Below are positions 12,480 through 26,523 of a stretch of DNA of 64,000 bases, piece after piece (within the stretch, counting starts at the first letter, position 1; every line of letters begins with the position of its first letter). The notes below the pieces were generated by a model. It searched no databases and was not told where the DNA came from. It saw nothing but the letters and a program-made list of their open reading frames with translations. The DNA comes from the human T2T-CHM13v2.0 reference genome, Homo sapiens. The stretch lies in NCBI RefSeq assembly GCF_009914755.1, contig NC_060927.1. One strand, given 5' to 3'. The translations under genes were made by a program, and so were the position numbers.

Positions 12480-15400
12480 TCAATAAACTAGGTATTGATG
12501 GACCATATCTCAAAATAGTAAGAGCTATTTATGACAAATGCACAGCCAATATCATATTCAATGGGCAAAAGCTGGAAGCATTCCCTTTGAAAATCATTAT
12601 AAGACAAGGATGCCCTCTCTCATCACTCCTATTCAACATAGTATTGGAAATTCTGGCCAGGGCAATTAGGCAAGAGAAAGAAATAAAGGATATTCAAATA
12701 GGAAGAGAGGAAGTTAAATTGTCTCTGTTTGCAGATGACATGATTTTATATTTAGAAAATCCTATCATCTCAGCCCCAAACCTCCTCAAACTAATAAAAG
12801 CAACTTCAGCAGAGTCTCAGGATACAAAACAAATGTGCAAAAGTCACAAGCATTCCTTTATGCCAACAACAGACAAGCAGAGAGCCAAATCTTGAATGAA
12901 CTCCGATTCACAATTGCCAAAAAGACAATAGACTACCTAGGAATACAGCTAACAAGGGATGTGAAGGACCTCTTCAAGGATAACTACAAACCACTCCTCA
13001 AGGAAATAAGGGATGACCTAAACAGAAAAACATTCCATCCTCATGGATAGGAAGAATCAATATTGTCAAAATGGCCATACTGCCCAAAGTCACTTATAGA
13101 TAGAATGCTATTCCCCATGAAACTACCATTGAAATTCTACACAGAATTAGAAAAAAACTATTTCAAATTTCATATGTAATCGAAGAAGACCCTGTATTGC
13201 CAAGACAACCCTAAGCAAAAAGAACAAAGGTGGAGGCATCACACTACCTGACCTCAAACTATACTACAAGGCTATAGTAACCAAAGCAGCATGGTACTGG
13301 TACCAAAACAGACCTATAGACCAATGGAATAGAACAGAGACCTCAGAAATAACACCATGTATCTACAACCATCTGATTTTCAACAAACCTGACAAAATCA
13401 AGCAATGGAGAAAGGATCTCCGATTCAGTAAATGGTGCTGGGAAAACTGGCTAGCCATATGCAGGAAACTGAAATTGGACCCCTCCCTTACATCTTATAC
13501 AAAAATTAACTGAAGATGGATTAGAGACTTAAATGTAAAATCAAAAGCCATAAAAATTGTAGAGGAAAACCTACGAAATACCATTTAGGACATAGGCATA
13601 TGCAAAGACTTCATGACAAAAATGCCAAAAGCAAAGACAATAAAAGCCAAAATTAACAAATGGGATCTAATTAAACTAAAACACTTCTGCACAGCAAAAG
13701 TAACTATCATCAGAGTGAACAGGCAACCTACAGAATAGGAGAAAATTTTTGCAATCTACCCATCTGACAAAGGTCTAATATCCAGCATTTACAAGGAACT
13801 TAAACAAATTTACCAGAAAAAAGCAACCCCATCAAAAAATGGGTTAAAGATAAGAACAGACACTTCTCAAAAGACATTTACGTGGCCAACAAACATATGA
13901 AAAAAAGTTCAACATCATTGATCATCAGAAAAATGCAAATCAAAACCACAGTGAGATACTGTCTCACACTGTGATTATCAAAATGTCAGGAAACAATACA
14001 TGCTGGTGAGGCTGTGGAAAAGTAGGAATGCTTTTACACTGTTGCTGGGAATGTAAGTTAGTTCAATCATTGTGGAAGACAGTGTGGTGATTCCTCAAGG
14101 ATCTATAACCAGAAATACCATTTGACCCAGCAATCCCATTACTGAGTATGTACCCAAAGGAATATAAGTCATTCTATTATAAAGACACATGTACACATAT
14201 GTTTATTGCAGCATTATTTACAATAGCAAAGACTTGGAACAAACCCAAATGCCCATCAATGATAGACATAGATATATCATCAATGGTATATACACCATGG
14301 AATACTATGCTGCCATAAAAAGGAATGAGATTATGTTCTTTTCAGGGACATGGATGAAGCTGGAAGCCATAATCCTCAGCAGACTAACACAGCAACAGAA
14401 AACCAAACACCGCATGTTCTCACTCATAAGTGGAAGTTGAACAATGAGAACACAAGGACACAGAGAGGAGAACAACACACATCAGGGCCTGTTGGGGGAT
14501 GAGGGCTGAGGGAAGGGAACTTAGAGGATGGGTCAATAGGTGCAGCAAACCACCATGGCACAGGTATACCTATGTAACAAACCTGTACGTTCTGCACATG
14601 TATCCCAGTTTTTAGAAGAAATAAGAAAAATAGAATAAAAATAAAACCTTACATATCAACACTAACCTTGAACAACAACAATGGCCTAAATGCTCCACTT
14701 AAAAGATATAAACTGGCCAATGGAATTAAAAAACAGGATCCAACCATTTTCTGTCTACAAGAAACCAACCTAATCAGTAAAGGCACCCACAGACTAAAAG
14801 CAAAGGGTTTGGAAAGAGATATACCATGGTAAAGTAAAATAAGTTAGCAGGAGTAGCTATATTTACATAAATTCAAACATATTTTAAACCAACAAAAGTA
14901 AAAAAAGACAAAGGAAGTCATTGTATAATGACAAAATTTTCAATTCAACAAAAATATAAAACTATTGTAATTATGTATGTACCCAACACCAGAGCACACA
15001 GATTCATAAGGCAAATGCTACTAGAACTAATAAAAGAGATATATGGCAATATAGTAGTAGTGTGGAACTTCAACACTCCACTGACAGCATTAGACAGATC
15101 ATTGAGGCTGAGAAAATCAACAAAGAAACCTTGGGTTTTAACTGGACTCTAGACCAACTGGGCCTACTAGACATTTTCACAACATTTCATTCAACAACTG
15201 CAGAATATATATATTTCTTCTCTGCACATGGAGCATTCCCTTAAAATTGTCTATATACTGTGCCATAAAATAAGTCTCAATAAATTCAAAAAGCTGAAAT
15301 CATATCAAGTGTCTTCTCAGAACATAGAATAATAAAATTAGAAATGAATACCAAGAGGAAACCTCAAAACTATACAAATACATGGAACCTAAATAACTTG

Positions 15401-18400
15401 CTCCTAAATGATTTTTGGGTAAATAAAAAAATTAAGGCAAAACATTTTAAAATGAATGAAAATACAGATACAACATACCGAAACCTCGGGGATACAGAAA
15501 AAGTGGTATTAAGAGGAGGGTTTATAGCATTAAATGCCTACATCAAAATACAGAAATATCTCAAATTAACAAACCAATGTCACAACCCAAGGTACTAGAT
15601 AAACAAGAACTAAACCAACCCAAAGCTAACAGAAGAAAAAAAGTAATAAAGATCAGAGCAGAATTAAATGAGATAGAGTCCAAAAAGATTATACAAAGAA
15701 TAAAGCACACAAAGTTGTTCATTTGAAAGTATAAACAAAATTGATAGACCACTAGCTAAATCAAGCAAGAAAAAAAGATGAGAAGATTCAAATAAGGACA
15801 ATTAGAAATGATAAAAGTGATATTAAGACTGATACCATATAAACATAAAATATCAGAGGCTACTATGAGCATCTCTATGCACACAAAAAACCAGAAAATC
15901 TACTAGAAATAAAGTTTTTAAAACATGCAACCTCTCAATATTGAACCAAGAAGAAATAGAAAGGCTGAACAGACCAACAATGAGTAATAAAATTGAATCA
16001 GTAATAAAAAACCTCCAACCAAAAAAGCTCAGAAACAGATGGATTCACAATGAATTTTACAAGATATACAATAAGAGTTAGTACCAGTATTACTAAAACT
16101 ATTCTAAAAACAAACAAACAAGAAGGAGGAGAGATTTCTCTGTAATTCATTCTATGGAACTAGTATCGTCCTCAAACCAAAACCAAGCAAGGGCACCAAA
16201 AGAAGAAAACTATAGGCCAATATCTCTGATGAAAATAGATGCAAACATGCTGTACCAAATGCTAGGAAGCAAAATCCACCATCACATCAAAAATATAATA
16301 CATCATGATCAAGTGGGTTTTATTCCAGGGATGTGAGAATGGTTCAACATATGCAAATCAATAGATGTGATTAACCTTATAAGTAGAATTAAAAACAAAA
16401 GCCATATGATCATCTCGATTGATGCAGAAAAGGCATGCAGTAAAATCCAACACCCTCTCATGTTAAAAACCCTTCACAAAATAGGCATCAAAGAATCATA
16501 CCTCAAAATAATAAAAGCCATAATACCAATCTATAGCCAACATCATTGTGAATGGGAAAAATTTGAAACATTTTCCTTAATAACTGGAGAAAGACAAGGA
16601 TGCTCACTTTCAACACTTCTATCCAACACAGTACTGGAAGGCTTTGACAGAGCAATCAAGAAAGAAATAAAAGGCATCCAAATTATAAAAAAGAGTAGTC
16701 AAATCATCTGTTTGCTTATGACATATTCTTATAACCAGAAAACTAAATACTCCACCAAAAGATTTTTAGACTTGATAGCGATATCAGTAAAGTTTCATGA
16801 TACAAAATCAACATAAAAAAATCAGTAACATTTTTATACACCAATAACATTGAAGCTGAGAACCAAATCAAAAAGTTAATCCCATTTACACACACGCACA
16901 TACAAAAAAACCTAGGAATATATTCAACAAACCAGATGAGAGATCTCTGCAAGGAAAACTATAAAACACTGAGGAAAGACATTGGGATGACAAAAAGAAA
17001 TGGAAAACCATCCCATGTTTACTGATTGGAATAATCAATACAGGTAAAATGACGTACTATATTTTACATATAGGTAAAATACATCCCAAATCAATCAACA
17101 GATTCAATGAAAATCTTATCAAATTACCAACAAGAGTTTTCACATAATTAGAAAAAAAATTCTAAAATTCATATGGAACAAAAAAGAGCCTTGCATTACC
17201 TCAAAAAACAAAGAACAAAAAGAACAAAGCTAGAGATACCACATTACCTGATTTTGAGGCTGTAGTAACGAAAACAGTATGGTACAAGTACAATTATGGA
17301 CACATAGATCAATGGAACAGAATAGAGAACCCAGAAATAAAGCCTCATATCTGTAATCAACAGATCTTCAACAAGATCAACAAAAATAAACAATGGGAGA
17401 AGGACATCCTATTCAATACATTGTGCTGAGAAAATTGGATAGCCATATGCAGAAGAATGAAATTTGGTCCCTATCTCTTACCATATAGAAAAAATAACTT
17501 GAGATGGATTAAAGACTTAATTATAAGACCTGAAATTATAAAAATCTTAGAAGAAACCCTGGAAAAAACTCTTCTGGACATGGACCCAGGCAAAAAATTT
17601 ATGACTTGGCCTCAAAGTCAATTGCAGCAGAAACAAAATAAGACAAGTGGTACTCAATTACTCTAAAAAGCTTCTTCACAGCAAAAGAAATAATCAATAG
17701 AGTAAGGAGAGAACTTACAAAACGGGAGAAAATATTTGCAAACTATGCATCTGATAATCCAGAATCTACAAGGAACTCAAACAGTTCAATAAGAGAAAAA
17801 ACAAGTAAACCCATTAAAAAGTGGGCAAAGTACATGAACAGACATTCCTCAAAAAAGATATAGAAGTGGCCAAAATACATATGAAAAAATGCTCAACATC
17901 ACTAATTATAAGAGAAATGCAAGTTAAACCACAGTGAGATGCCATCTCACACTAGTCACAATGGCTTTTATTAAAATGTCAAAAAACAACAGATATTGGT
18001 GAGATCACAGAGAATAGGGAATGCTTGCTTATATGCTGTTGGTAGAAATGTAAATTAGTACAACCTCTATGGAAAGTCATATGAAGATTTCTCAAAGAAC
18101 TGAAAATAAAACTACCATTCGACCCAGAAGTCCCACTACTGAGTATCTACCCAAAGGTAAAAGAAAACATTATATCGAAAAGACATCTGCACTTAATGTG
18201 TTTTTGTAGCACTATTTACAATAGCAAAGTCATAGAATCATCTTAAGTGTCTACCAGTAATTGATTGGAAAAAGAAGTGTGGACTCTATACACCATGGAA
18301 TACTATGCAGCCACAAAAAGAATGAAATCATGGCTTTTGCAGCAATAAGGATGGAGCTGGTGGTCATTATCCTAAATGAATAACTCAAGTAGTAAATCAA

Positions 18401-18645
18401 ATACCACATATACTTACTTATAAGTAGGAGCTAAACAACTGGTACACATCGACACACAGAAAAATAACAGACACTGAGGATTCCAAAAAAGTAGAAGGTA
18501 GGAGGGTAGTGAGGGTTTAAAAATTACCCATTGGGTACAAGTTTCACAATTCAGGGGACAGGCACATTAGAAGTCCAGGCCTCACCATTATGCAATATAT
18601 CCATGTTCCAAACCTGCAAATGTATCCCCTGAATCTATTTTTGAA

Positions 18646-19120
18646 AAATCCAAAATGGATCATAGAAGCAAATGTAAAACCTAGAACTGTACATATTGTG
18701 GAAGAAAACATTAGAGAATATATTTGTGACCATGTGTTAAGCATCTACTTCAGCAAGACACAAAAAACATTACTTCTAAAAGAAAAAAAATGAACTCCCT
18801 CAAAATTCAAATCTCTTCCTCTTCAAAAGACAGCACTAAGAAAATGAAAATACAATCTACAGATAAAGAGAAAATATTCCAAAAAAGATATCTGATTAAG
18901 GGTTTTTAATCCTAAATGAAGAGCTCTTCCAGTGCAGTAATAAGAAATGAAACAAAAACCCAATAAGAAGCAAGAAGACATTTTGAACACTTCATTGACA
19001 AAGAGATACAGATGCCAAAAAGCAGATTAAAAAAAAGTTAAATGCTATGAATCAGAAGGGAAATACAGGTTAAAACATGTTATACAATTACACACACTAG
19101 AATAATCAACATGAAATTTG
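18646..19120 (+). mobile_element. Ancient L1M ORF2 relic, right part
   Basis: AAAATGGATCATAGAAGCAAATGTAAAAC continues the ORF2 position that was broken at ~1805. Confidence 0.8.
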
Positions 19121-19195
19121 GCAGTAGAAAGTTTCGTATAGAAACATATATTATAAGAAAAAGGGTTTGATTTTTACATATGTATATTTGCTGGG

Positions 19196-19500
19196 TTTTT
19201 TTTTTTTTTGAAAGGGTCTCACTCTGTCATCTAGGCTGGAGTGCAGTACATGATCACGGTTCCCCAGTCTCAACCTCTTGGGCTCAGGCGATCCTCCCAC
19301 ATTTACCTCCCGAATAACTGGGACAACAGGTGCCAGCTACCACACCCAGCTAATTTTTTGCATTTCTTTTTTTTTTTTTTTTTTTGGAGAGATGGGGTTT
19401 CACCATGTTGGCCAGGCTGGTCTTGAAATCCTGGGCTCAAATGAGGAGGCTCAGCCTCCCAAACTGCTAGGACAATCGGCATGGGCTACCATGCCCAGCC
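19196..19500 (-). mobile_element. AluJ
   Basis: PolyT followed by a reverse Alu dimer ending ATGCCCAGCC; GGGCTCAGG J-type diagnostics. Confidence 0.9.
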
Positions 19501-22500
19501 TACATATTTGTTCTTATTTCTGAATTATGAGAATGGAAGAAAAACTTAATGAAATTAAATTTAGTGTTAATTACTGTTAGTCCTGGTTTTTCTCTCCAAA
19601 TCATTAGAAACCTAGAGTGACATCTAGTGCAAACCCTCTTAAGCATAATTCTGACCTAATATCCCATCCTTGATTGAATCAAGGCTTGATTCCTTGTTGT
19701 TCTTCAAGAACATCTTTTATACACATACTTGAATAGTGATTTAAAAAAAACACAAGAAAAAATAACCTTTGATACTCCATAGTCAATTTTCAAAATTATT
19801 ATTAAAAGATCTGTAATTGAAGCTAAAAATCTTTCTTGTTTGGTAAAAGCTCCAGCTTCAGCCACTGAAGCTGTGTCCATCTCTGTGGTTCAGATATAAT
19901 CTGATTGTAGCTGGCAATTCTGAAGGACAGGACCCGCAGCAGACACAGGAGCTTCTTTGTTGGGAACTGATATAGAGAAAAAAAGGAGCCAAGTATGACA
20001 TTAGATTCAATAACATGTCTAGTTATTGGGAGGAAAGAGTGAGTTTGAATAAATGTGTGGAATATTATTGAGCTCTGACTTATACCTAAGAAACTTAGGC
20101 CTGGGGAGAGAGAAGGCTGTTGCTAATAATTGTGAACAGTCTGATTATTTCAACAGGTTGCCTCTGCAAATATACTATCTGTCCCTCTTTGCCAAGAAAC
20201 ACTGCATAGCTCTGACATGCAAAGCTTCAGTGAATGCACACAAGAGGTGACATGAAAAGTGGAAACAGTGCCCAGCAAGGGAATTTGGTTGTCAACGGTC
20301 AAAGTTCTATCCAGTAGCTGGGAAACACAGCAGAATTGACCAGCACCATGCAGCTTCCAGGATTTGATGAGGGGGAGATGAGACATCCAGAATCAGAAAA
20401 CAATGATAAAAGAACAAAAATAGGTTATACTTTGTAATTCTGCCAACATTCAACAGTCTTAATATTTCCCAAGATATAGTTATCTCATTATCGTAAGGCT
20501 CTTTCTTTGACAATACAGTAAATTTTCTTATAATCTGAAGAAGAAAGGATTGCTAAAGAATTAATATCTCATTTTAATAATCTCTTCATGATTTTATATC
20601 CTGTATTTATTTTTACAAAATATCAAATCCATTTAGGTACATTTTTTGTGGCTTAATATTTAAAGCAAATAAACACAGCATGATTTTTATCTAAGCCATT
20701 AAAATTCATCATCATAAATTAATTTAAAATTATAAACAGGTTGAAAAAATACAGAAGTCATTTAATTTCCTGTGCATTATATTACTTATGGGAATGTTAT
20801 TAAAAATACTCTTGTTGTGCCTTCAATGTTTGTAATGCAGCTATAATTTAACCATGTTTTGTCTTCTGATAAGCGAATAGGAACATCAAAATATAACCAT
20901 TTGAATATAGCTTTCCAACACAATTACAAGAGAAAATAATGAGTTAATGTTATATGGAACTTAATATGTATCAGGGACTCTACTATATATTTCACATTTA
21001 TATGCATCCTTTTAGTCTTCATAACAACACTGATATAACAACGTATAAGATTGTGTGGGAATAAATCAAAATGCTACTTCCTGAATTGAAGATTTCCATT
21101 TTCTCAATTTTTAGAGGCTGATGCATGGTTGTGGACTTAAACACAACAGGCCACATTTTCCTATCACTACATTTAACTGACCTATGTTTTACCATCGCCT
21201 TTTCATTAGTATCTTGTGAATTTGGCCTCTAGGTAACACTCTAAAGCTACATGCATGATGCTTACACAATCAGTGCAAACTGTGAATTCAAATAGTATAT
21301 ACATTTCACAAATCTGGAAAGAAGCAAATTGCTAATTTCCAACAGGGTGTATAAGATGATACAAATAAAACCATAATGTTCCTACCCTCAATAGCCAATA
21401 AGTGATTCATTATTGCTAGTGAGCCTGGTTGCTATCTCCTCTTTCTTAACAGAAAATAAGTAAATTATATTTTTTCATTTTTAGATGGCAAGTTTAGAAA
21501 CTATGTATGGAATAACTATCATTGAACACCATCTTGACTAACAACTTACAGCAAATATCTATTTTGAAAAGTGGAGAATATTCTTTGAATTTTATTTTTG
21601 TTTCAACTGTCTGTAATTGTGAAAGAAAGTTATTTTCCTTCACAATATTGTATAAGGTTATTACAGCTTTGATTAGTAATAAAAGTGGTTACATTCAATT
21701 GTATACAGCAGTCACAAGAACTAGATGTTAAACCATAAGGCAGAAATGTACAGAGAAAAAGGAATGGTAGAAGCATGAAGAAATGTAGGAGGCCGAGATG
21801 GAATGGGGATATTTTTAATTATTGCACTTAGTTAGATAAACTGTTATCCCTTCTAAGCCTAGATTCCTGTAACCAAATTAAATTAATAGTAAACAAATGT
21901 TAATTGAGATACAATACATATATCCTTCTTTATTAGGATATGATATTCTATCCTACCTAATATAGGCTGTTAGTTCCCATATATTTTTCTTTCACTTACT
22001 TTTGCCACTTCTGTTACGTTTGTTATGCCAGTAGTCTTTCTCGCCACCATTATTTATTTATGTGGTTGAAATCTTAACTAATTTAGAAATGGAGATCATT
22101 TAGAACAGATAATGTATTATAAAATAAGTACTCTATAATTAAGTGTGGGGGAGAATTTAAGGATAATTTCAGTATAGAATAATTTCCAGATATTGTACTC
22201 TGGCTTCCTTTTAAACCAGAAACCCTGATTTAACATTGTAAGTGCTGTCTGGGGCTGTCAAATTCATTGTCTTGTCGAATACATGGATTCAACAAATACA
22301 AGTCACACTTAAATTTATTCATAAGTGTATATATACTAGAGAAACAACAAAAATAGGGAGCAAACCTCTTGAAATTATGGTGAAGCTGGAAAAAACTTGC
22401 ACTGACATCAATTTTAACAAGGCACTTGTTAGCATGCTTCTCAAAGTTCTAGAATCCATTGACTTGCTACAGGTTTTCTTCTCCTCTATCCTTAGATTGC

Positions 22501-23028
22501 AATCCCTAGAGGCTGTCACAATGGCCATCGTAACAGCCTGTCATAAAGTGATTCTTCTGAAGCTTCCGATGACAACCCCTCACCATTCCTTTACTCCATT
22601 ATTGGTGAGGTGTTCCTAGTTCAAGACATTGAGAGAACAAGGCTCCCCTCACGTGCACTTTTTATCCCAACCCTGTAAAAGCCTATTCTGAGAATAATTG
22701 AAAGCTCACTGGATAATACAGGCAACAACAAATGGTTTGCTTCTGACAAGAGTATTGCAGGCACTATCTCTGGCTTCAAAAGAAGATTTGAGATGACAGT
22801 AGGGATACTACTGAAATGACTTTTATGCAACTAAGATTTACAGGGAATGACTGAAACGTGTTAGCTGTATAATAAAAAGCCGAACTATGAAGGAAAAATA
22901 CATTTTGTAAATTATATGTCCTCACTGCTTCTTTGAAGTTACCAAACATTATCTTCTTATGAAAAATTTTGAAAGCTTAGAAAAAGAGAGCTGGCTTTAT
23001 TAAACATGAAACAGAAAGGCTAACCCAT

Positions 23029-23184
23029 AACATGTGTGGCTATTCAAATTAAAATTAAGTAAAATTAAAAATTCAATCACACTAATTTCAACAGCCCAAT
23101 AAACCACATGTGTCCAGACGCTATGGTAATTGGGCAGCCCAATGAACATTTCCACTATCACGGAAGTTCTACTGGACAGCCCTG
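23029..23184 (+). mobile_element. MER3/MER33-like hAT-Charlie relic
   Basis: Terminus ACATTTCCACTATCACGGAAGTTCTACTGGACAGCCCTG. Confidence 0.75.
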
Positions 23185-24401
23185 AAATAGAACAAGTAAT
23201 TAATATCAAATGGAAATTTTCCAAAATGTGTGCAGCAACTTTGCAAATGTATGCACATATTTATCATGTATTATAAAAGATCACAGGGAGAGTCAGTGCT
23301 ATCTAGTAACTGATTTCAATAGATTGAAACATTTATATGACAAACTTTTGTGTTTCCCAGTACTTTCAATTATTTTATACTTTCATTTTATAAGTAGCAA
23401 AAAAAAAAAAAAAATTAAAATGTGACCCTCCTTCCCAAACCCTTTTTAAGAGTAAAACTCACGTTTGATTGATTTTTACATTGGAAAAAAAAAGTCTCTG
23501 AAGACTCTTCCAATTTTTAATATGCAATATTATAAAAAGTTTGAAAATATAATATGTTGAATAAAGCATAAGCAAGTCATCCTTTATGGTGATGTAATCG
23601 TATTTGAATTTACAATTTTGGAGTTACTCTATCTTATCTTCAGATGATACGTTTTGATATGCAGGCCGTTTTTTATTATATAAGATATATATAAAGAGGA
23701 TGGACTGTGATCATGTGGATGGTTTAACACATAACACAATGCTTTATTTTTACAGCATGACTTTAGAAAGACTCCCTTTGTCAAAGGTGATAGAGCTGTC
23801 TTTGAGTTATACTAGTAATTCTACATAAGAGTCAATAAAAAGCAGTATCAGGCACTCTGTGTATTCCATAAATAGTCCAGTAGTCCTCTAGCTTTCTTTT
23901 TAAAAAGGACTTTTGACTTGGGTATATTTTTAAATTTTTTTATATGGATGGTTAGTATAAAGTGAATGTTGAGTATTCTCTAAAATATTTTATTGTTACA
24001 ACAGAAATGACAAGGAAGGAAATTACCCTTAGTTGAACAGAACCTAATGCAAACAGATAATGTATTTTCAAATTTTCACTTAAAAACTTCAGAAAGTTCA
24101 ATAGATTCAGACTACTCCATTAGGAAAGTAAGACAAACATTGGAAGGGCAGCCACTAAAGTTGGCATAGGGCATATAACAGAGGATTAGTGATACTTAGC
24201 ATCATTTAATTAAAACATAGCCATATTTAGGACTGCAAAATATCCAGTATCATATCAGATACTTCTCATGGTAGATTTGCAAAGGCAGGAAAAAGCAGCC
24301 TGATTTTCCCTACAGTGATTCTAATTTATTTAGCAGAAATCTCAGTTTCTAACTTGCCAAAATAAAACCATACGTATATTCTTAATTATGTAATGGTCTG
24401 A

Positions 24402-24593
24402 TTTTTTTATTTTTTATTTTTTGAGACAGAGTCTTGCTCTGTCACCCAGGCTGGAGTGCAGTGGCACGATCTCGGCTCACTGCAACCTCTGCCACCTGGC
24501 TCAGGATGGTCTTGAATGCCTGACCTCAGGTGATCCGCCAGCCTGGGCCTCCCACAGTGCTGGAATTACAGACGTGAGCCACCATGCCCAGCC
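24402..24593 (-). mobile_element. AluSx-like element with a large internal deletion
   Basis: TSD TAATGGTCTGATTTT (24391 / 24595). Both Alu ends are present but the total length is only ~190 bp. Confidence 0.92.
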
Positions 24594-26340
24594 TTAATGG
24601 TCTGATTTTGAAGAACCTGACAAGCAGATTAATTTCTGTGAAAGGAGATAAATTTCATTATTTCCCAAGGAAGAGTAAAAGAAGAGAATCAAGGACTGTC
24701 TGAGAGAAGGAAAATCTTTTTCAGTATTAGAGCTTGACTAATACTGATGAAATATTCTCTCCCACTCCAATCTAAGTTGAACAACACATTCACTGTGTGT
24801 AAGAAAAAGGTGCTTTTTGGTTCATTTTTCAAACTTTTTCCTAACCTGATCCCACAAAACCTAATATTGGCATCAAAGAAAGACTTATGTGCCTAAGACT
24901 TTTAAATTTTGAAAGAAAAATCCCATGATTTCAGAATATCAAGTACCACCACTGTACACCTGCTATAAATGTATCTTTGTTAAATTGAAATTCTAAAAAC
25001 TGGTAATGTAAAATAGAAGAGGATATAGTATGTGAACTGGAAAAGAATATAAATAATGTTCACTTGCATAGCATCAATGGTGTTTGGGAGAGAGTTTCTA
25101 TCAAAATTTTAATTTCATTTGAAACGATAACCTTAATTTCTGATTGTATTACTAATTCTATATGCAAACTTTATAGATTATCTGAATATCATAGAATACA
25201 CCATCACATGATAATCTTCCAATATGTCACAGTTTAGAGATATCACAGCTAAATTTGAAAGGTTTTATTCAGAGAATGACTTTGGGATTTTCATATGAGA
25301 CATGCATTTTCAAAATATATCTTGATACATTCATTTATTATTTTTTTCCTAAAGCAGCAAACACAACTATTCATTTCAGAAGGACTGTTTTGAAGTGAGT
25401 AAAATATTCATAGTAATAATTATTAAATAAAATGTAAGAAGAAAGAACATTTTCTAGAATGGCCTAAATCAGTAAAATTTTATACTAAATACAACCAGGT
25501 TGGAAAAAAACTCATAAGCAAATGGCAAGAATTTTCTCTATCTTTAATTTGCACTACCAGGGAAAATGTCTAGCATTTACCTAGGTATGCTAATAGTTAA
25601 GAATGCTGCAAGAGCACTAATTTTATAAGTTGCTACCAAATATTCTAGTTTTATTATATTTCACTCATCAACTAAAGAAAAATGAGCCCATTGGATTTGA
25701 TGTTGTCTTCCCTGTAGACCCAACTATCATTCTATGATATTTATCAACAAAGCAAAAGTAAATTTTAGAAAAGAAAAGTTCTGGGGATTAAAACAAAACT
25801 GCTAGCTAGTACTTCTCATATTATGGCATGAGTATTTGACAGAATTTCTAAGTACTCCTAAGTTATTGAGGTAATACCCTTTTTATAGCATTGTCACCCA
25901 TAGTTTCAGATGTTTCAGTGATTCGATTCTTTGATATTTAGTGAGCATCTGCATCAGTAGCTTGTAAGAGTTAAAATAGATTTTTTTCTTTTATGCAAAT
26001 GTGTATTAAAGTTATCTTTTCTTCATCATCCAGGGACAGAAGTAAGAAGTGTAAAGAAATTGGTATTGAGTCAGCAGTTTTAATAGCATTTCCATTTCAC
26101 GAACACAACTAATGAAGTCTACCAACTTCCCCTTTTGCCATTCTCTGTTGCACATTCTGGTTTCACCTAATTTAGAAATCAGGAGAAATTTGAGTTGAAG
26201 CTACCTATAAAGAAAAAAAGATAGCTTGGGAAATATGTATTTAATATGAATTGCAGTAGTATGACTCCATTTTTGAGTGTAATAATTATGACATTAGCTT
26301 AAAATATTAAATTTTAATTTTTAAAAATTAAAAATTTTCC

Positions 26341-26523
26341 TCTCTCTCTTGCCTGCCACCATTCTCTCTTGCCTGCCACCATGTAAAACATGCTTTGCCT
26401 TCTGCCATGATGGTGGGTGCTCCCTAGCAACTTGGAACTGTGAGTCCATTAAACCTCTTTTTCTTTGTAAATTACCCAGTGTCGGGTATGTCTTCATCAG
26501 CAATGTGAAAATAGACTAATACA
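26341..26523 (+). mobile_element. THE1 LTR, 3' half only
   Basis: CTGCCACCATGTAA...GGAACTGTGAGTCCATTAAACCTC...GACTAATACA. Confidence 0.88.

Noticed and set aside
19853-19871. AGCTTCAG-CCA-CTGAAGCT hairpin
   Set aside because: An 8-bp stem is expected by chance in 64 kb and is too short for a pre-miRNA.
22242-22619. 125-aa ORF in unique DNA
   Set aside because: GTG start, no recognisable domain and no convincing splice signals.
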